Origin: Squalus acanthias
Lineage: Eukaryota
Assembly (NCBI GenBank): GCA_030390025.1
Contig: JASTWF010000033.1
Span: 5,644,001 to 5,708,000, forward strand
Direction: 5' to 3'
Length of the DNA: 64,000 bases
The number at the start of each line of letters is the position of its first letter. Positions within the stretch are counted from its first letter, which is position 1. The notes beneath the pieces are model-generated. The model ran no database searches. It was not told the DNA's origin and worked only from the letters and a program-made list of their open reading frames with translations. The position numbers and the translations under genes are program-made. This document shows positions 35,442 to 49,124 of this stretch, in pieces.

Positions 35442-37133
35442 TCTTGCTAGCTAGAGTTCACAAAAGGACTTTAATTGGCTGCAGTGCATCATTGCACCTT
35501 CTACAAATTCCGTTTCCTTGTCCATAATCCAGCCTGTTCAGCGCATTTCTCCCACAAATCCTCACACCAGCTTCACGTCAAAAATATTCTCCCTCTCACA
35601 AACGACATGCTCTTTAGCAGTGGCGTCAGCTGTGACAACTGCCGTTCCCCAAATATCTGTATTGGATCTTCAACTTTTCACCGTATTTATGATTGACTTG
35701 GATGGAGCAATTGAGCGCTGTAGATGGAAGTTTGAAGATTGCCCGAAGTTAGAAGGTCCGGTCGTGGTGCAAATGGGAACGGGAGCAAACCAAAGGGACA
35801 GAGACAGACGAAGTAAGCCAGCAAAACAATGGTAAATCGAGTTCACTGTGCGCTAGTGTGACACGATCCACCTTGCAACATTATAAGATAGTTCGGAGTA
35901 TTTTCTAAATAATGGGAGGTTATTAACTGTTGAGGAGCAAAGGTTTTTTTATGAGTCCCAGTTCACAAATCATTATTAGCCAGTAGACATGAAGCAAAAA
36001 ACAATTTCATTGTTCTGGTTAGGAAATTGGTTGCGCGACAGGAGACAGTTTACGGATAATGATCTGGTACTTTATTTGGCAGGATATGACGAGTGGTGTC
36101 CCTGAGGGATCTCTTATGTGTCCTCATCTATTCACCGATTTTACTAACGACTTACTTGATGGGATTGAGAGCCACACATTCAAGTTTAACGATGACAAAA
36201 TAGATAGGCGGCATTATAAGCAGTTTAGGTGGAATCAAGAAATTTGACCAGATATTCATAGATTAAGTGAATGGGCAAATCTGTGGCAAATTGAATTAAA
36301 TATTCGCAAGTGTGATGTCATCCATCTCGGATCCAAGAAGTGGCGTTCAGAATACACTCTATATAATGTTAAGATGGAAGCAGTTGAGATCCAAATAGAC
36401 TTAAGGGTCCATGTAGATATATCATTAAATGGCCATGGACAGGTACAGAAAAGAATCAAAAAGGCGAATTGAAAGGTGATACTTATATCTATAGGATGAC
36501 AATATAAGGGGGATAAATTATGCCACAGCTATACAATGCACTGGTTAGACCACACCTGTCGTACTGTCAACAGTTCTGTGCATCACACATTAGGAAGGTA
36601 ATATTAGGCTTAAAAAGTGAAGCATAGATTTACCAGAATGATTCATAGAGTCCAAGGGACACATTAGAATGGGAGATTGCAGAAACTAGGGATATATTCC
36701 CTGGAATTTGGATGCTTAAGTGGTGATTTGATTGAAGTATTCACGATATTAAGTGGAACTGAGAGTGTCGATAGAGCGAAGCTATTCACGATGATTGGCC
36801 CGTCTCGGAGTTCGGGACACAGACTCGACATTAGTTCCACGCCTTTCAGGAGAGAAGTTAGGAAAGGCTTCTAATTGGAATGGGTGTCAGAAATTTGTAA
36901 CACACTTCCGCAAACAGCACTTAAATCTGGGTCAATTGGCAATGTTAAACTTGAGATTGATAGATGTTGGTTAACCAAAGATATGAAGGGATGTGGAGCA
37001 AAGGGAGCTCGATCACAGATCCAATTGAATGGCAGAAAGGCTCGAGCGGTTAAAAGGCCTAGTTCTGTTGTTATTTTCATTGCTGAAGGATCAGAGCACG
37101 AATGTAGAAATGAATATCGTGATTTAAAAGCAG

Positions 37134-37206
37134 CGCCCGAACAGGGAGTGGAACGCTGGAACCTCAGATTAAAAGTCTGATGCTCTACCGGCTGAGCTAT
37201 CCGGGC
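37134..37206 (-). tRNA. tRNA-Lys(TTT) copy 2, 5 substitutions including T arm / B box, pseudogene
   Basis: T arm reads GCGTTCCACTCCC instead of GGGTTCAAGTCCC. Confidence 0.85.
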
Positions 37207-38899
37207 TCTTGCTGACTCAAGCTCACAAAAGGACTTTCATTGGCTGCAGTGCATCATTGCACCTTCGACAAATTCCGTTTTCTTGTCCATAATCCAGCCT
37301 GTGCAGCTCATTTCTCCCACAAATCCAGATTGACTGCCTCAAACCGGCTTCACGCCAGAAATATTCTCCCTCTCACAAGCGACATGCTCTTTAGCAGTGG
37401 CGTCAAATGTGACAACTGCCTTCCCTCAAATATCTGTATTGGATCTTCAACTTTTCACCGTATTTACGATTGACTTGGATGGAGCAATTGAGCGCTGTTT
37501 ATCCAAGTTTGAAGATCGCACTAAGTTAGAAGGTCCGGTCGTAGTGCAAATGGGAACGGGAGAAAACCAAAGGGACAGAGACAGACGAAGTAAGTCGGCA
37601 AAACAAAGGCAAATCGAGTTCACTGTGCCCAAGTGTGACAGCATCCACCTTGCAACATTATGAGATAGTTCGGAGTATTTTCTAAATAATTGGAAGCTAT
37701 TAACTGTTGAGGAGTAAAGAGGTTTATGAGCCCCAGTTCACAAATCATTAGTAGCTGGCAGACATGGAGCAAAATACAGTTTTATTGACCTGGTTAGGAA
37801 ATTGTTTGCGCGACAGGAGACGCAGTTTACGGATAATGATCTGGTACTTTATTTGGCAGTATATGACGAGTGGTGTCCCTGAGGGATCTCTTATGTGACC
37901 TCATCTATTCACCGATTTTATTAACGACTTACTTGATGGGATTGAGAGCCAAACATTCAAGTTTAACGATGACAAAATAGATAGGCGGCATTATAAGCAG
38001 TATAGGTGGAAGCAAGAAATTTGCCCAGATATTCATAGATTATGTGAATGGGCAAATCTGTGGCAAATTGTTTTAAATATTAGCGAAGTGTGATGTCATC
38101 CACTTCGGAAATAAAAAGGGGCGTTTACAATACACTCTATACAATGTTAAGCTGGAAACAGTTGAGATCCAAATAGATTTAAGGGTCCATGTACATATAT
38201 CATTTAATGGTCATGGACAGGTACAGAAAATAATCAAAAAGGCTGAATGAAAGGTGATACTTATATCTATAGGATGACAATATAAGGGGGAGAAATTATG
38301 CAACAGCCATACAAAGCACTGGATAGACCACACCTGGAGTACTGTGTGCAGTTCTGGGCATCACACCTTAGTATTAAAAAGTGAAGCGTAGATTTACCAG
38401 AATGATACACAGAGTCCAAGGGAAAAAATTACAATGGGAGATTGCACAAACTGGGAATATATTCCCTGGAATTTAGAAGCTTACGTGGTGATTTGATTGA
38501 AGTATTCACGATATTAAGTGGAACTGATAGTGACGATAGAGCGAAGCTATTTCCGATGATTGGCCCGTCTAGGAGTACGGGACACAGACTCAACATTAGT
38601 TCCAAGCCTTTCAGGAGAGAAGTTAGGAAAGGCTTCTGCATGGAATGGGTGGCAGAAATTTGTAACACACTTCCGCAAACACCACTTAAATCTGGGTCAA
38701 TTGGCAATGTTAAACTTGAGATTGATAGATGTTGGTTGACCAAAGATATTAAGGGATCTGGATGCAAAGGGAGTTCGATCACAGATCCAATTGAACGGCA
38801 GAAAGGCTCGAGCGGTTAAAAGGCTCAGTTCTGTTGTTATTCTCATTGCTGAAGGATCAGAGCACGAAAGCAGAAATGAATATCGTGATTTAAAAGCAG

Positions 38900-38972
38900 C
38901 GGCCGAACAGGGACTTGAACCCTGGACTCTCAGCTTAAAAGTCTGATGCTCTACCGACTGAGCTATCCGGGC
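38900..38972 (-). tRNA. tRNA-Lys(TTT) copy 3, 3 substitutions (acceptor stem, anticodon stem, variable loop)
   Basis: Direct comparison with the canonical vertebrate sequence. Confidence 0.87.
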
Positions 38973-39658
38973 ACTTGCTGACTCAATCTCACAAAAGGAC
39001 TTTCATTGGCTGCAGTGCATCATTGCACCTTCGACAAATCCATTTTCTTGTCCATAATCCGGCCTGTACAGCTCATTTCTCCCACAAATCCAGATTGACT
39101 GCCTCAAACCGGCTTCACTCCAGAAATATTCTCCCTCTCACAAGCGACATGCTCTTTAGCAGTGGCGTCAAATGTGACAACTGCCGTCCCTCAAATATCT
39201 GTATTGGATCTTCAACTTTTCACCGTATTTACGATTGACTTGGATGTTGCAATTGAGCGCTGCAGATCCAAGTTTGAAGATCGCACTAAGTTAGAAGGTC
39301 CGGTCGTAGTGCAAATGGCAACGGGAGTTAACCAAAGGGACAGAGACAGACGAAGTAAGTCGGCAAAACAAAGGCAAATCGAGTTCACTGTGCCCAAGTG
39401 TGACAGCATCCACCTTTTATCATTATGAGATAGTTCGGAGTATTTTCTAAATAATTGGAAGCCATTAACTGTTGAGGACTAAAGAGGTTTATGAGCCCCA
39501 GTTCACAAATCATTAGTAGCTGGCAGACATGGAGCAAAATACAGTTTTATTGTCCTGGTTAGGAAATTGTTTGCGCGACAGGAGATGCAGTTTACGGATA
39601 ATGATCTGGTACTTTATTTGGCAGGATATGACGAGTGGTGTCCCTGAGGGATCTCTTA

Positions 39659-42643
39659 ACATAAGAACATAAGAAATAGGAGCAGGAGTAGGCCAATCGG
39701 CCCCTCGAGCCTGCTCCGCCATTCAATAAGATCATGGCTGATCTGATCCTAACCGCCAATCTACTATCTACTACCACAGAACCATCTCCTGCATCTAACA
39801 GAATTGCACACACGAAATAGGAGCAGAATCAGGCTACACGGTCCCTGGGCCCGCTCCACTACCCACAGGGCCATGACCGATCCGAACCTAGACTCATGTC
39901 CAAATTCCTGCCCGGTCCCCGTAACCCTTAATGCCCTTTACTTCTAGGAAACTGTCTATTTCTGTTTTAAATTTATTTAATGATGTAGCTTCTACAGCTT
40001 TTTGTGGCAGCATATTCCATGGACCTACCACCCTCTGAGTGAAGTAGTTCCTCCTCATCTCAGTTTTGAAAGAGCAGCCCCTTATTCTAAGACTATGTCC
40101 CCTAGTTCTAGTCTCACCCGTCATCGGGAACATCTTCCCCGCATCCACCCGATCCAACCCCTTCACAATCTTATATGTTTCAATAAGATCGCCTCTCATT
40201 TCTCTGAACTCTAATGAGTAGAGTCCCAATCTACACAACCTCTCCTCATATGACCACACCCTCATCCCCGGGATTAACCGAGTGAACCTTTTTTGCACTG
40301 CCTCGAGAGCAAGGATGTCTTTCCTTAAGTAAGGACACCAAAACTGTATGCAGTATTCCAGGTGCGGTCTCACCAATACCTTGTACAACTGAAGCAATAC
40401 CTCCCTATTTTTATATTCTATCCCCCTAGCAATGAAAGCCAACATTCCATTTGCCTTCTTAATCACTTGCTGCACCTGCATACTAACCTTTTGAGTTTCG
40501 TGCACCAGGACCCCCAGATCCCTTTGCACTTCAGTACTCTCCAGTTTCTTGCCATTAAGATAATAAATTGCTCTAGGATTTTTCCTGCCAAAGTGCATCA
40601 CCTCACACTTTCCAGTGTTGTATTCTATCTGCCAAATCTCTGCCCACTTACTTAGCCTGTCTATGTCCCCTTGCAGGTTTTTTATGTCCTCCTCACTCAC
40701 TACTTTCCCTCCCATCTTAGTATCATCTGCAAATTTTGATATGTTACACTTGGTCCCTTCCTCCAAATCGTTCATATAGATTGTAAAGAGTTGGGGACCC
40801 AGCACTGACCCCTGTGGAACACCACTAGTTACTGATTGCCAGTCTGAGAATGAACCATTTATCCCAACTCTTTGCTTTCTGTTAGATAGCCAATTCTCTA
40901 TCCATGCCAGAATATTACCCCCAATCCCGTGATTTTTTACCTTAAGCAATAATCTTTTGTGTGGCACCTTGTCAAATGCCTTTTGGATGTCTAAATACAC
41001 TACGTCTACTGGTTCCCCTTTAACCACTCTATATGTTACTTCCTCAAAGAACTCCAGCAAATTTGTCAAACATGACTTCCCCTTCGTAAAACCATGCTGA
41101 CTTTGTCCTATTAAATTATGATTATCCAAATGTCCTGTTACTGTTTCCTTAATAATGGACTCCAAAATTTTACCTACCACAGATGTTAGGCAAACCGGTC
41201 TATAGTTACCAGCCTTCTGTCTACTGCCCTTTTTAAATAAGGGTGTTACATTAGCAGTTTTCCAGTCTGCCGGGACCTTAGCGGAATCCAGGGAGTTCTG
41301 AAAAATTATTACCAATGCATCTACAATCCCTACCGCCACTTCCTTCAAGACTCTAGGATGTAAGCCATCAGGTCCAGGTGATTTATCCGCCTTGAGTCCC
41401 ATTATTGTACCGAGTACCACTTCCTTAGTGATTTTGATCGTGTTTAGCTCCTCTCCCCCTATAGCCCCCTGTTTGTCCAGTGTTGGGATATTCTTAGTGT
41501 CCTCTACTGTAAAGACTGATACAAAATATTCATTCAGTGTTTTTGCCATCTCCATATTTCCCACCATTAATTTCCCGGTCTCATCCTCTAAGGGACCAAC
41601 ATTTACTTTAGCCACCCTTTTTCTTTTTATATAACTATAAAAACTCTTACTATCTGTTTTTATATTTTTTGCAAATTTACTTTCATAATCTATCTTCCCT
41701 TTCTTAATCAATCTTTTTGTTATTTTTTGCTGCCTTTTAAAGTTTTCCCAATCCTCTGTCCTCCCACTAGATTTCACTACCTTATATGCCCTTGTTTTTA
41801 GTCGAATACTATCCTTAATTTCTTTACTTAGCCACGGATGACTGTCCTTTCTTTTACACCCTTTTCTTTTCAGTGGAATATATATTTTTTGGAAGTTGTA
41901 AAATAACTCCTTGAATGTACACCACTGATCATGTGTCGTCTTACCCTTTAATCTATTTTCCCAATCCATTCTACTCAATTCCGCTCGCATACCTTCATAG
42001 TCTCCTTTATTCAAGCTTAGCACGCTTGTTTGAGATCCAACCTTCTCACCCTCTAATTGAGTATGGAATTCAACCATGTTATGGTCACTCATTCCAAGGG
42101 GATCCTTTACTAGGACATTTTTAATTAATCCTGTCTCGTTACACAGGACCAGATCTAAGGTTGCTTGCCCCTGGTCGGTTCAGTTACATACTGCTCAAGA
42201 AACCCATGCCTAATACACTCAATGAACTCATCCTCAAGGCAGCCCTGCCCCATTTGATTTGTCCAATTAATATGATAGTTAAAATCCCCCATAATTATAG
42301 ATGTTCCCTTATTACATGCCTCAACTATTTCCTGATTGATACTCCGTCCAACAGAGTTGCAACTGTTCGGAGGCCTATAGACTACGCCCACTAGTGTTTT
42401 TTTCCCCTTATTATTCCTTATCTCCACCCAAACTGTTTCATTATCATGATTTTTTGACCCAATATCATTACAGTGATTCCTTCCTTTATTAACATAGCCA
42501 CCTCACCTCCCCTTCCTTCCTGCCTGTCCTTCCTGATCGTTAAATAACCTGGTATGTTTAATTCCCAGGCATTGTCACCCTGCAGCCATGTTTCTGTAAT
42601 GGCCACAATATCATAACCATATGTAGTTATTTGTGCCATTAAA
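39659..42643 (-). mobile_element. 5'-truncated CR1 of a third family inserted in one array unit
   Basis: ORF 39894-42092 (732 aa, RT) plus frameshifted APE pieces, a (TTCTTATG)n tail, and the array unit resuming on both sides (GGGATCTCTT / TGTGTCCTCATC). Confidence 0.95.
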
Positions 42644-43675
42644 TCTTCTGTGTCCTCATCTATTCACCGCTTTTATTAACGACTTACTTGATGGGATTGA
42701 GAGCCAAACATTCAAGTTTAACGATGACAAAATAGATAGGCGGCATTATAAGCAGTATAGGTGGAAGCAAGACATTTGCCCAGATATTCATTGATTATGT
42801 GAATGGGCAAATCTGTGGCAAATTGATTTAAATATTAGCGAAGTGTGATGTCATCCACTTCGGAAATAAAAAGGGGCTTTTAGAATACACTCTATACAAT
42901 GTTAAGCTGGAAACTGTTGAGACCCAAATAGACTTAAGGGTCCATGCAGATATATGATTTAATGGTCATGGACAGGTACAGAAAAGAATCAAAAAGGCTG
43001 AATGAAAGGTGATACTTATATCTATAGGATGACAATATAAGGGGGAGAAATTATGCAACAGCCATACAAAGCACTGGATAGACCACACCTGGAGTACTGT
43101 GTGCAGTTCTGGGCATCACACCTTAGGAAGGTAATATTAGGCTTAAAAAGTGAAGCGTAGATTTACCAGAATGATACACAGAGTCCAAGGGACAAATTAC
43201 AAGGCGAGATTGCACAAACTAGGGATATATTCTCTGGAATTTAGAAGCTTACGTGGTGATTTGATTGAAGTATTCACGATATTAAGTGGGACTGATAGTG
43301 TCGATAGAGCGAAGCTATTTCCGATGATTGGCCCGTCTCGGATTACAGGACACAGACTCAACATTAGTTCCAAGCCTTTCAGGAGAGAAGTTAGGAAAGG
43401 CTTCTACATGGTTTAGGTGGCAGAAATTTGAAACACACTTCCGCAAACAGCACTTAAAGCTGGGTCAATTGGCAATGTTAAACTTGAGATTGATAGATGT
43501 TGGTTTACCAAATATATTAAGGGATCTGGAGCAAAGGATGCAAACGGAGTTCGATCACAGATCCAATTGAATGGCAGAAAGGCTCGAGCGGTTAAAAGGC
43601 CTAGTTCTGTTGTTATTCTCATTGCTGAAGGATCAGAGCACGAATGTAGAAATTAATATCGTGATTTAAAAGCAG

Positions 43676-43748
43676 CGCCCGAACAGGGACTTGAATCCTG
43701 GACCCTCAGATTAAAAGTCTGATGCTCTACCGACTGAGCTATCCGGGC
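43676..43748 (-). tRNA. tRNA-Lys(TTT) copy 4, single G>A change at the T-stem / B-box G
   Basis: GGATTCAAG instead of GGGTTCAAG. Confidence 0.9.
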
Positions 43749-45447
43749 TCTTGCTGACTCAAGCTCACAAAAGGACCTTCATTGGCTGCAGTGCATCATT
43801 GCACCTTCGACAAATTCCATTTTCTTGTCCATAATCCAGCCTGTACAGCTCATTTCTCCCACAAATCCAGATTGACTGCCTCAAACCGGCTTCACTCCAG
43901 AAATATTCTCCCTCTCACAAGCGACATGCTCTTTAGCAGTAGCGTCAAATGTGACAACTGCCTTCCCTCAAATATCTGTATTGGATCTTCAACTTTTCAC
44001 CGTATTTACGATTGACTTGGATGGAGCAATTGAGCGCTGTAGATCCAAGTTTGAACATCGCACTAATTAGAAGGTCCGGTCGTAGTGCAAATGGGAACGG
44101 GAGCAAACCAAAGGGACAGAGACAGACGAAGTAAGTCGGCAAAACAATGGCAAATCGAGTTCACTGTGCCCAAGTGTGACAGCATCCACCTTGCAACATT
44201 ATGAGATAGTTCGGAGTATTTTCTAAATAATTGGAAGCTATTAACTGTTGAGGAGTAAAGAGGTTTATGAGCCCCAGTTCACAAATTATTAGTAGCTGGC
44301 AGACATGGAGCAAAATACAGTTTTATTGTCCTGGTTAGGAAATTGTTTGCGCGACAGGAGACGCAGTTTACGGATAATGATCTGGTACTTTATTTGGCAG
44401 GATATGACGAGTGGTGTCCGTGAGGGATCTCTTATGTGGCCTCATCTATTCACCGATTGTATTAACGACTTACTTGATGGGATTGAGAGCCAAACATTCA
44501 AGTTTAACGATGACAAAATAGATAGGCGGCATTATAAGCAGTATAGGTGGAAGCAAGAAATTTGCCCAGATATTCATAGATTATGTGAATGGGCAAATCT
44601 GTGGCAAATTGATTTAAGTATTAGCGAAGTTTGATGTCATCCACTTCGGATTTAAAAAGGGGCGTTTAGAATATACTCTATACAATGTTAAGCTGAAAAC
44701 AGTTGAGATCCAAATAGACTTAAGGGTCCATGTACATATATCATTTAATGGTCATGGACAGGTACAGAAAAGAATCAAAAAGGCTGAATGAAAGGTGATA
44801 CTTATATCTATAGGATGACAATATAAGGGGGAGAAATTATGCAACAGCCATACAAAGCACTGGATAGACCACACCTGGAGTACTGTGTGCAGTTCTGGGC
44901 ATCACACCTTAGTATTAAAAAGTGAAGCGTAGATTTACCTGAATGTTACACAGAGTCCAAGGGACAAATTACAATGGGAGATTGCACAAACTAGGGATAT
45001 ATTCCCTGGAATTTAGAAGCTTACGTGGTGATTTGATTGAAGTATTCACGATATTAAGTGGAACTGATAGTGTCGATAGAGCGAAGCTATTTCCGATGAT
45101 TGGCCCGTCTCGGATTACAGGACACAGACTCAACATTAGTTCCAAGCCTTTCAGGAGAGAAGTTAGGAAAGGCTTCTGCATGGAATGAGTGGCAGAAATT
45201 TGTAACACACTTCCGCAAACAGCACTTAAAGCTGGGTCAATGGCCATGTTAAACTTGAGATTGATAGATGTTGGTTAACCAAAGATATTAAGGGATCTGG
45301 AGCAAAGGGATGCAAACGGAGTTCGATCACAGATCCAATTGAACGGCAGAAAGGCTCGAGCGGTTAAAAGGCCAAGTTCTGTTGTTATTTTCATTGCTGA
45401 AGGATCAGAGCACGAATGTAGAAATGAATATCGTGATTTAAAAGCAG

Positions 45448-45520
45448 CGCCCGAACAGGGACTTGAACCCTGGACCCTCAAATTAAAAGTCTGATGCTCT
45501 ACCGACTGAGCTATCCGGGC
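45448..45520 (-). tRNA. tRNA-Lys(TTT) copy 5, single C>T giving a G:U pair in the anticodon stem; best candidate for a functional gene
   Basis: Intact A and B boxes and a TTTT terminator 4 nt downstream. Confidence 0.92.
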
Positions 45521-46710
45521 TCTTGCTGTCTAATTCTCACAAAAGGACTTTCATTGGCTGCAGTGCATCATTGCACCTTCGACAAATTCCATTTTCTTGT
45601 CCATAATCCAGCCTGTACAGCTCATTTCTCCCACAAATCCAGATTGACTGCCTCAAACCGGCTTCACGCCAGAAATATTCTCCCTCTCACAAGCGACATG
45701 CTCTTTAGCAGTGGCGTCAAATGTGACAACTGCCGTCCCTCAAATATCTGTATTGGATCTTCAACTTTTCACCGTATTTACGATTGACTTGGATGGAGCA
45801 ATTGAGCGCTGTAGATCCAAGTTTGAAGATCGCACTAAGTTAGAAGGTCCGGTCGTAGTGCAAATGGGAACGGGAGCAAACCAAAGGGACAGAGACAGAC
45901 GGAGTAAGTCGGCAAAATAAAGGCAAATCGAGTTCACTGTGCCCAAGTGTGACAGCATCCACCTTGCAACATTATGAGATAGTTCGGAGTATTTTCTAAA
46001 TAATTGGAAGCTATTAACTGTTGAGGAGTAAAGAGGTTTATGAGCCCCAGTTCACAAATCATTAGTAGCTGGCAGACATGGAGCAAAATACAGTTTTATT
46101 GTCCTGGTTAGGAAATTGTTTGCGCGACAGGAGACGCAGTTTACGGATAATGATCTGGTACTTTATTTGTCAGGATATGACGAGTGCTGTCCGTGAGGGA
46201 TCTCTTATGTGGCCTCATGTATTCACCGATTTTACTAACGACTTACTTGATGGGATTGAGAGGCAAACATTCAAGTTTAACGATGACAAAATAGATAGGC
46301 GGCATTATAAGCAGTATAGGTGGCAGCAAGAAATTTGCCCAGATATTCATAGATTATGTGAATTGATTTAAATATTAGCGAAGTGTGATGTCATCCACTT
46401 CGGATCTAAAAAGGGGCGTTTAGAATACACTCTATACAATGTTAAGCTGGAAACAGTTGAGATCCAAATAGACTTAAGGGTCCATGTACATATATCATTT
46501 AATGGTCATGGACAGGTACAGAAAAGAATCAAAAAGGCTGAATGAAAGGTGATACTTATATCTATAGGATGACAATATAAGGGGGAGAAATTATGCAACA
46601 GCCATACAAAGCACTGGTTAGACCACACCTGGAGTACTGCGTGCAGTTCTGCGCATCACACTTTAGGAAGGTAATATTAGGCTTAAAAAGTGAAGCGTAG
46701 ATTGACCAGA

Positions 46711-47497
46711 AGTTTTATGCCCATCCACTGTCATACATTCTTCACTACTGCTCCCGTAAAGTGAGTTCCCTGATCTGAGTCAATTTGGATCGGTATTCCC
46801 CACCTGGGAATTATTATCTCTGCCATTATTCGTGCCACGGTTGTGGCACTACCGTCCCGGGTTGGGAATACCTCAACCCACCTAGTAAACTGGTCTATTA
46901 TTACCCGGCAATACCTCTTACCCCTTGATGTGGGCAGGGGTCCGGTGAAGTCTAGTTGTAAATTTTCCCATGGGCCCCTCGGCCGTGGTTGGTGGGCCAT
47001 CCGTATCTTAACGGGTCGTCCTGGGTTGTGCTAGGCACACGCGATACACCGCTGGCAATGTTTTGCCACCTCTCTTCCTAACCCAGGCCACCACCATTCT
47101 TTACTTATTAGGTCAATCATCGGCCCTCTTTCTGTATGGGCGTCTGCATGGTGAAGTTCTAAGAGCATTTGTCTGATACATGCAGGGGCTATCACCTTCC
47201 CGTTTTTCCGCCATATTGCTTCCTTGTCTGATCCACCTCCTGTGCGGTACCATTCCTGTTTCTCCCCTTCTTGGGTCTGTTTGTGTAATTTCCTAATAGC
47301 TATTTCTTCCACCTGTGCACTGGCTATGTTTTCTTCAACCACTTCTTGTTCAAGAGCTTGCTGTGCTGCTAAATCAGCGGCATGGTTCCCTTTTTGTTCC
47401 TGATTTTGTATTTTCTGGTGCGCCTTTATTTTTATTACTGCTGCGAGTGTTGGGGACTTTGCGGCTTCCAAGAGGGCCTCTATCCGCTGCTGGTGTT
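46711..47497 (-). pseudogene. pol: ERV-B RNase H C-terminus and truncated integrase
   Basis: AVIKIKAH...GNHAAD; HHADAH...CIAC; stops at 47031 and 46731. Confidence 0.9.
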
Positions 47498-48634
47498 TTA
47501 TACGATCCCCTCTTTAGCAACTATGTGACACGCCCACTGGACCACCACATGATATGTATACGCCGCCACTATTCCCATTTTTAATATCGCTTGGTGGGAT
47601 TGGGACAACCCATCCTTAAGCATTTGAATAAAGGGCTGGCCTGTCATCTGGGGATCTGCTTGTCCCGATGATTCCTGGTATACGACGAACAATCGTTCGC
47701 CATAATCACTACTGCTTTCCCCTTTCCGCTGTTTTATCATCATTATACGTTACCAATTTGGTGAGGATCCTCCTAAGGCCGCCTGGACCGCTGTTTTAAA
47801 GGGGTTGTAGGCCGCGAGTTGGGCCGCCTTGTCCGCAATTAAGGCGATACGGTCGGTCCAGCCACCGTCTTGGTGGCCGATTTGTTTATCCACCTCCCTC
47901 CATTTATCAGTTGGGCATTTAGCCCTTACTAACTGGTGGATGTCCCGAGGATGGACGTCGTGTATATCCCACATCTCCTCGAGATTTCTCCAAAATTCCC
48001 CATTTGTGCTGCGGGGCTTCAGTGTTCCCAAATATTTCAATATTGTTTGTTTTTCTAAGGGGCTAAAAGCTTGGTACTTGGCTGTGGGATTTTGTACCGT
48101 TCCCCCTCTTTTTAAAGGGGCTGCCTTGACTACGTTTGGGTTCTTTTTCTCTTTCTCTAAGTTTTCGTCATCACTGTCTTCCATGGAAGTGGCTGATGCC
48201 TCTGGGATGTAAGGAGGTGGCATCTCGTCCTCATTTTCGGAGCCCTGGACTTTTACCGCGGCGAACAAATGTGCCCGCCTTTCATTCCATAGTTCCGTTT
48301 TGTCCAGCCGGTACCCATCAAGGATCGTCTGGCCTCCTTTGTATAATACTAACTCTTGTTCTAATTCCAGAATTCTTTCACGTTTAATTGCAAGTCTAGT
48401 GTGGAGTCGCGGCACCTTGTTAGTTAATGCGACTAATTGGTTTCCTAGTATCACCCCCGCCTTTTTTGTCTTTTTCTGTTTTTGACCCTCCCACCACTCT
48501 CTTTGTACTTTCGGATTCTGGAGCGGGTCCCACCCCTCCTTCGTCATCTTATCAACTAAACCCTTCCGGTTGTCTGCATAGAACGTAGTAAGGGACCCCA
48601 TTGGTCCCCATTCTATTTATTTCCCCGACGCCAT
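47498..48634 (-). pseudogene. gag: ERV-B gag (stop near the start, frameshift near 47745)
   Basis: PPPY late-domain motif, MHR-like IKQRKGESSSDYGERL, and position downstream of the PBS. Confidence 0.85.
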
Positions 48635-49104
48635 TTGTAGTCCAACTTACAGTCTTACCAAATGCTGAGTTCCTCTACTCGGGCTTGTTCTTGATAATTT
48701 AAAGACCTTCAAGCGGTTAATCAGTCACAACAAGCATATATATTTGCTGACTTCACGGTCCCAGGGTGTTTTGGAGCCTCTACCCCTACTTGATCCTGGC
48801 CGTCACGTGGGACTATGTCCTCTTAAGTCAGACTCAGGCTAGGTGTTAGAGACAGGCACCCTCCTTGTCCAAGTCATTCCGTCACTCACTCATTCCTTCG
48901 CGACATTTATCGCTACACAGTGTTCCCTTTAGTACTTGCGATCCGCACTCTCACAACTGTGTTCTCCTACCTCTCGCAGACTTTACTTGATTCGTGATGC
49001 TACGGCACTGTCACTCCGCCTTTCCAGGTGACTCAATTTCTGGATGGTCAAAATTGACTTCTCGTCCGGGTTCACCGGTGCGGGTGGTCTTTCAGTTCCA
49101 GAGC

Positions 49105-49122
49105 ATCCTGCCGACTACGCCA
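49105..49122 (-). promoter_or_regulatory. Primer-binding site, tRNA-Ser
   Basis: TGGCGTAGTCGGCAGGAT, an 18-nt complement of the tRNA-Ser 3' end, 2 nt from the LTR. Confidence 0.94.
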
Positions 49123-49124
49123 AT

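Larger units (their letters stand above)
34855..46710. repeat. Tandem array of ~1.77-kb units, each a decayed CR1 3' segment (+) plus a tRNA-Lys-TTT gene (-)
   Basis: tRNA starts are spaced 1765, 1766, (1766 + ~3-kb insertion) and 1772 bp apart; each unit has CR1 remnants (RPHLEYCVQFW, YSLEFR.LRGDLIE). Confidence 0.96.

Noticed and set aside
35369..45520. Idea that the tRNA-Lys array supplies the primer for the neighbouring ERVs
   Set aside because: Both primer-binding sites are complementary to tRNA-Ser, not tRNA-Lys.
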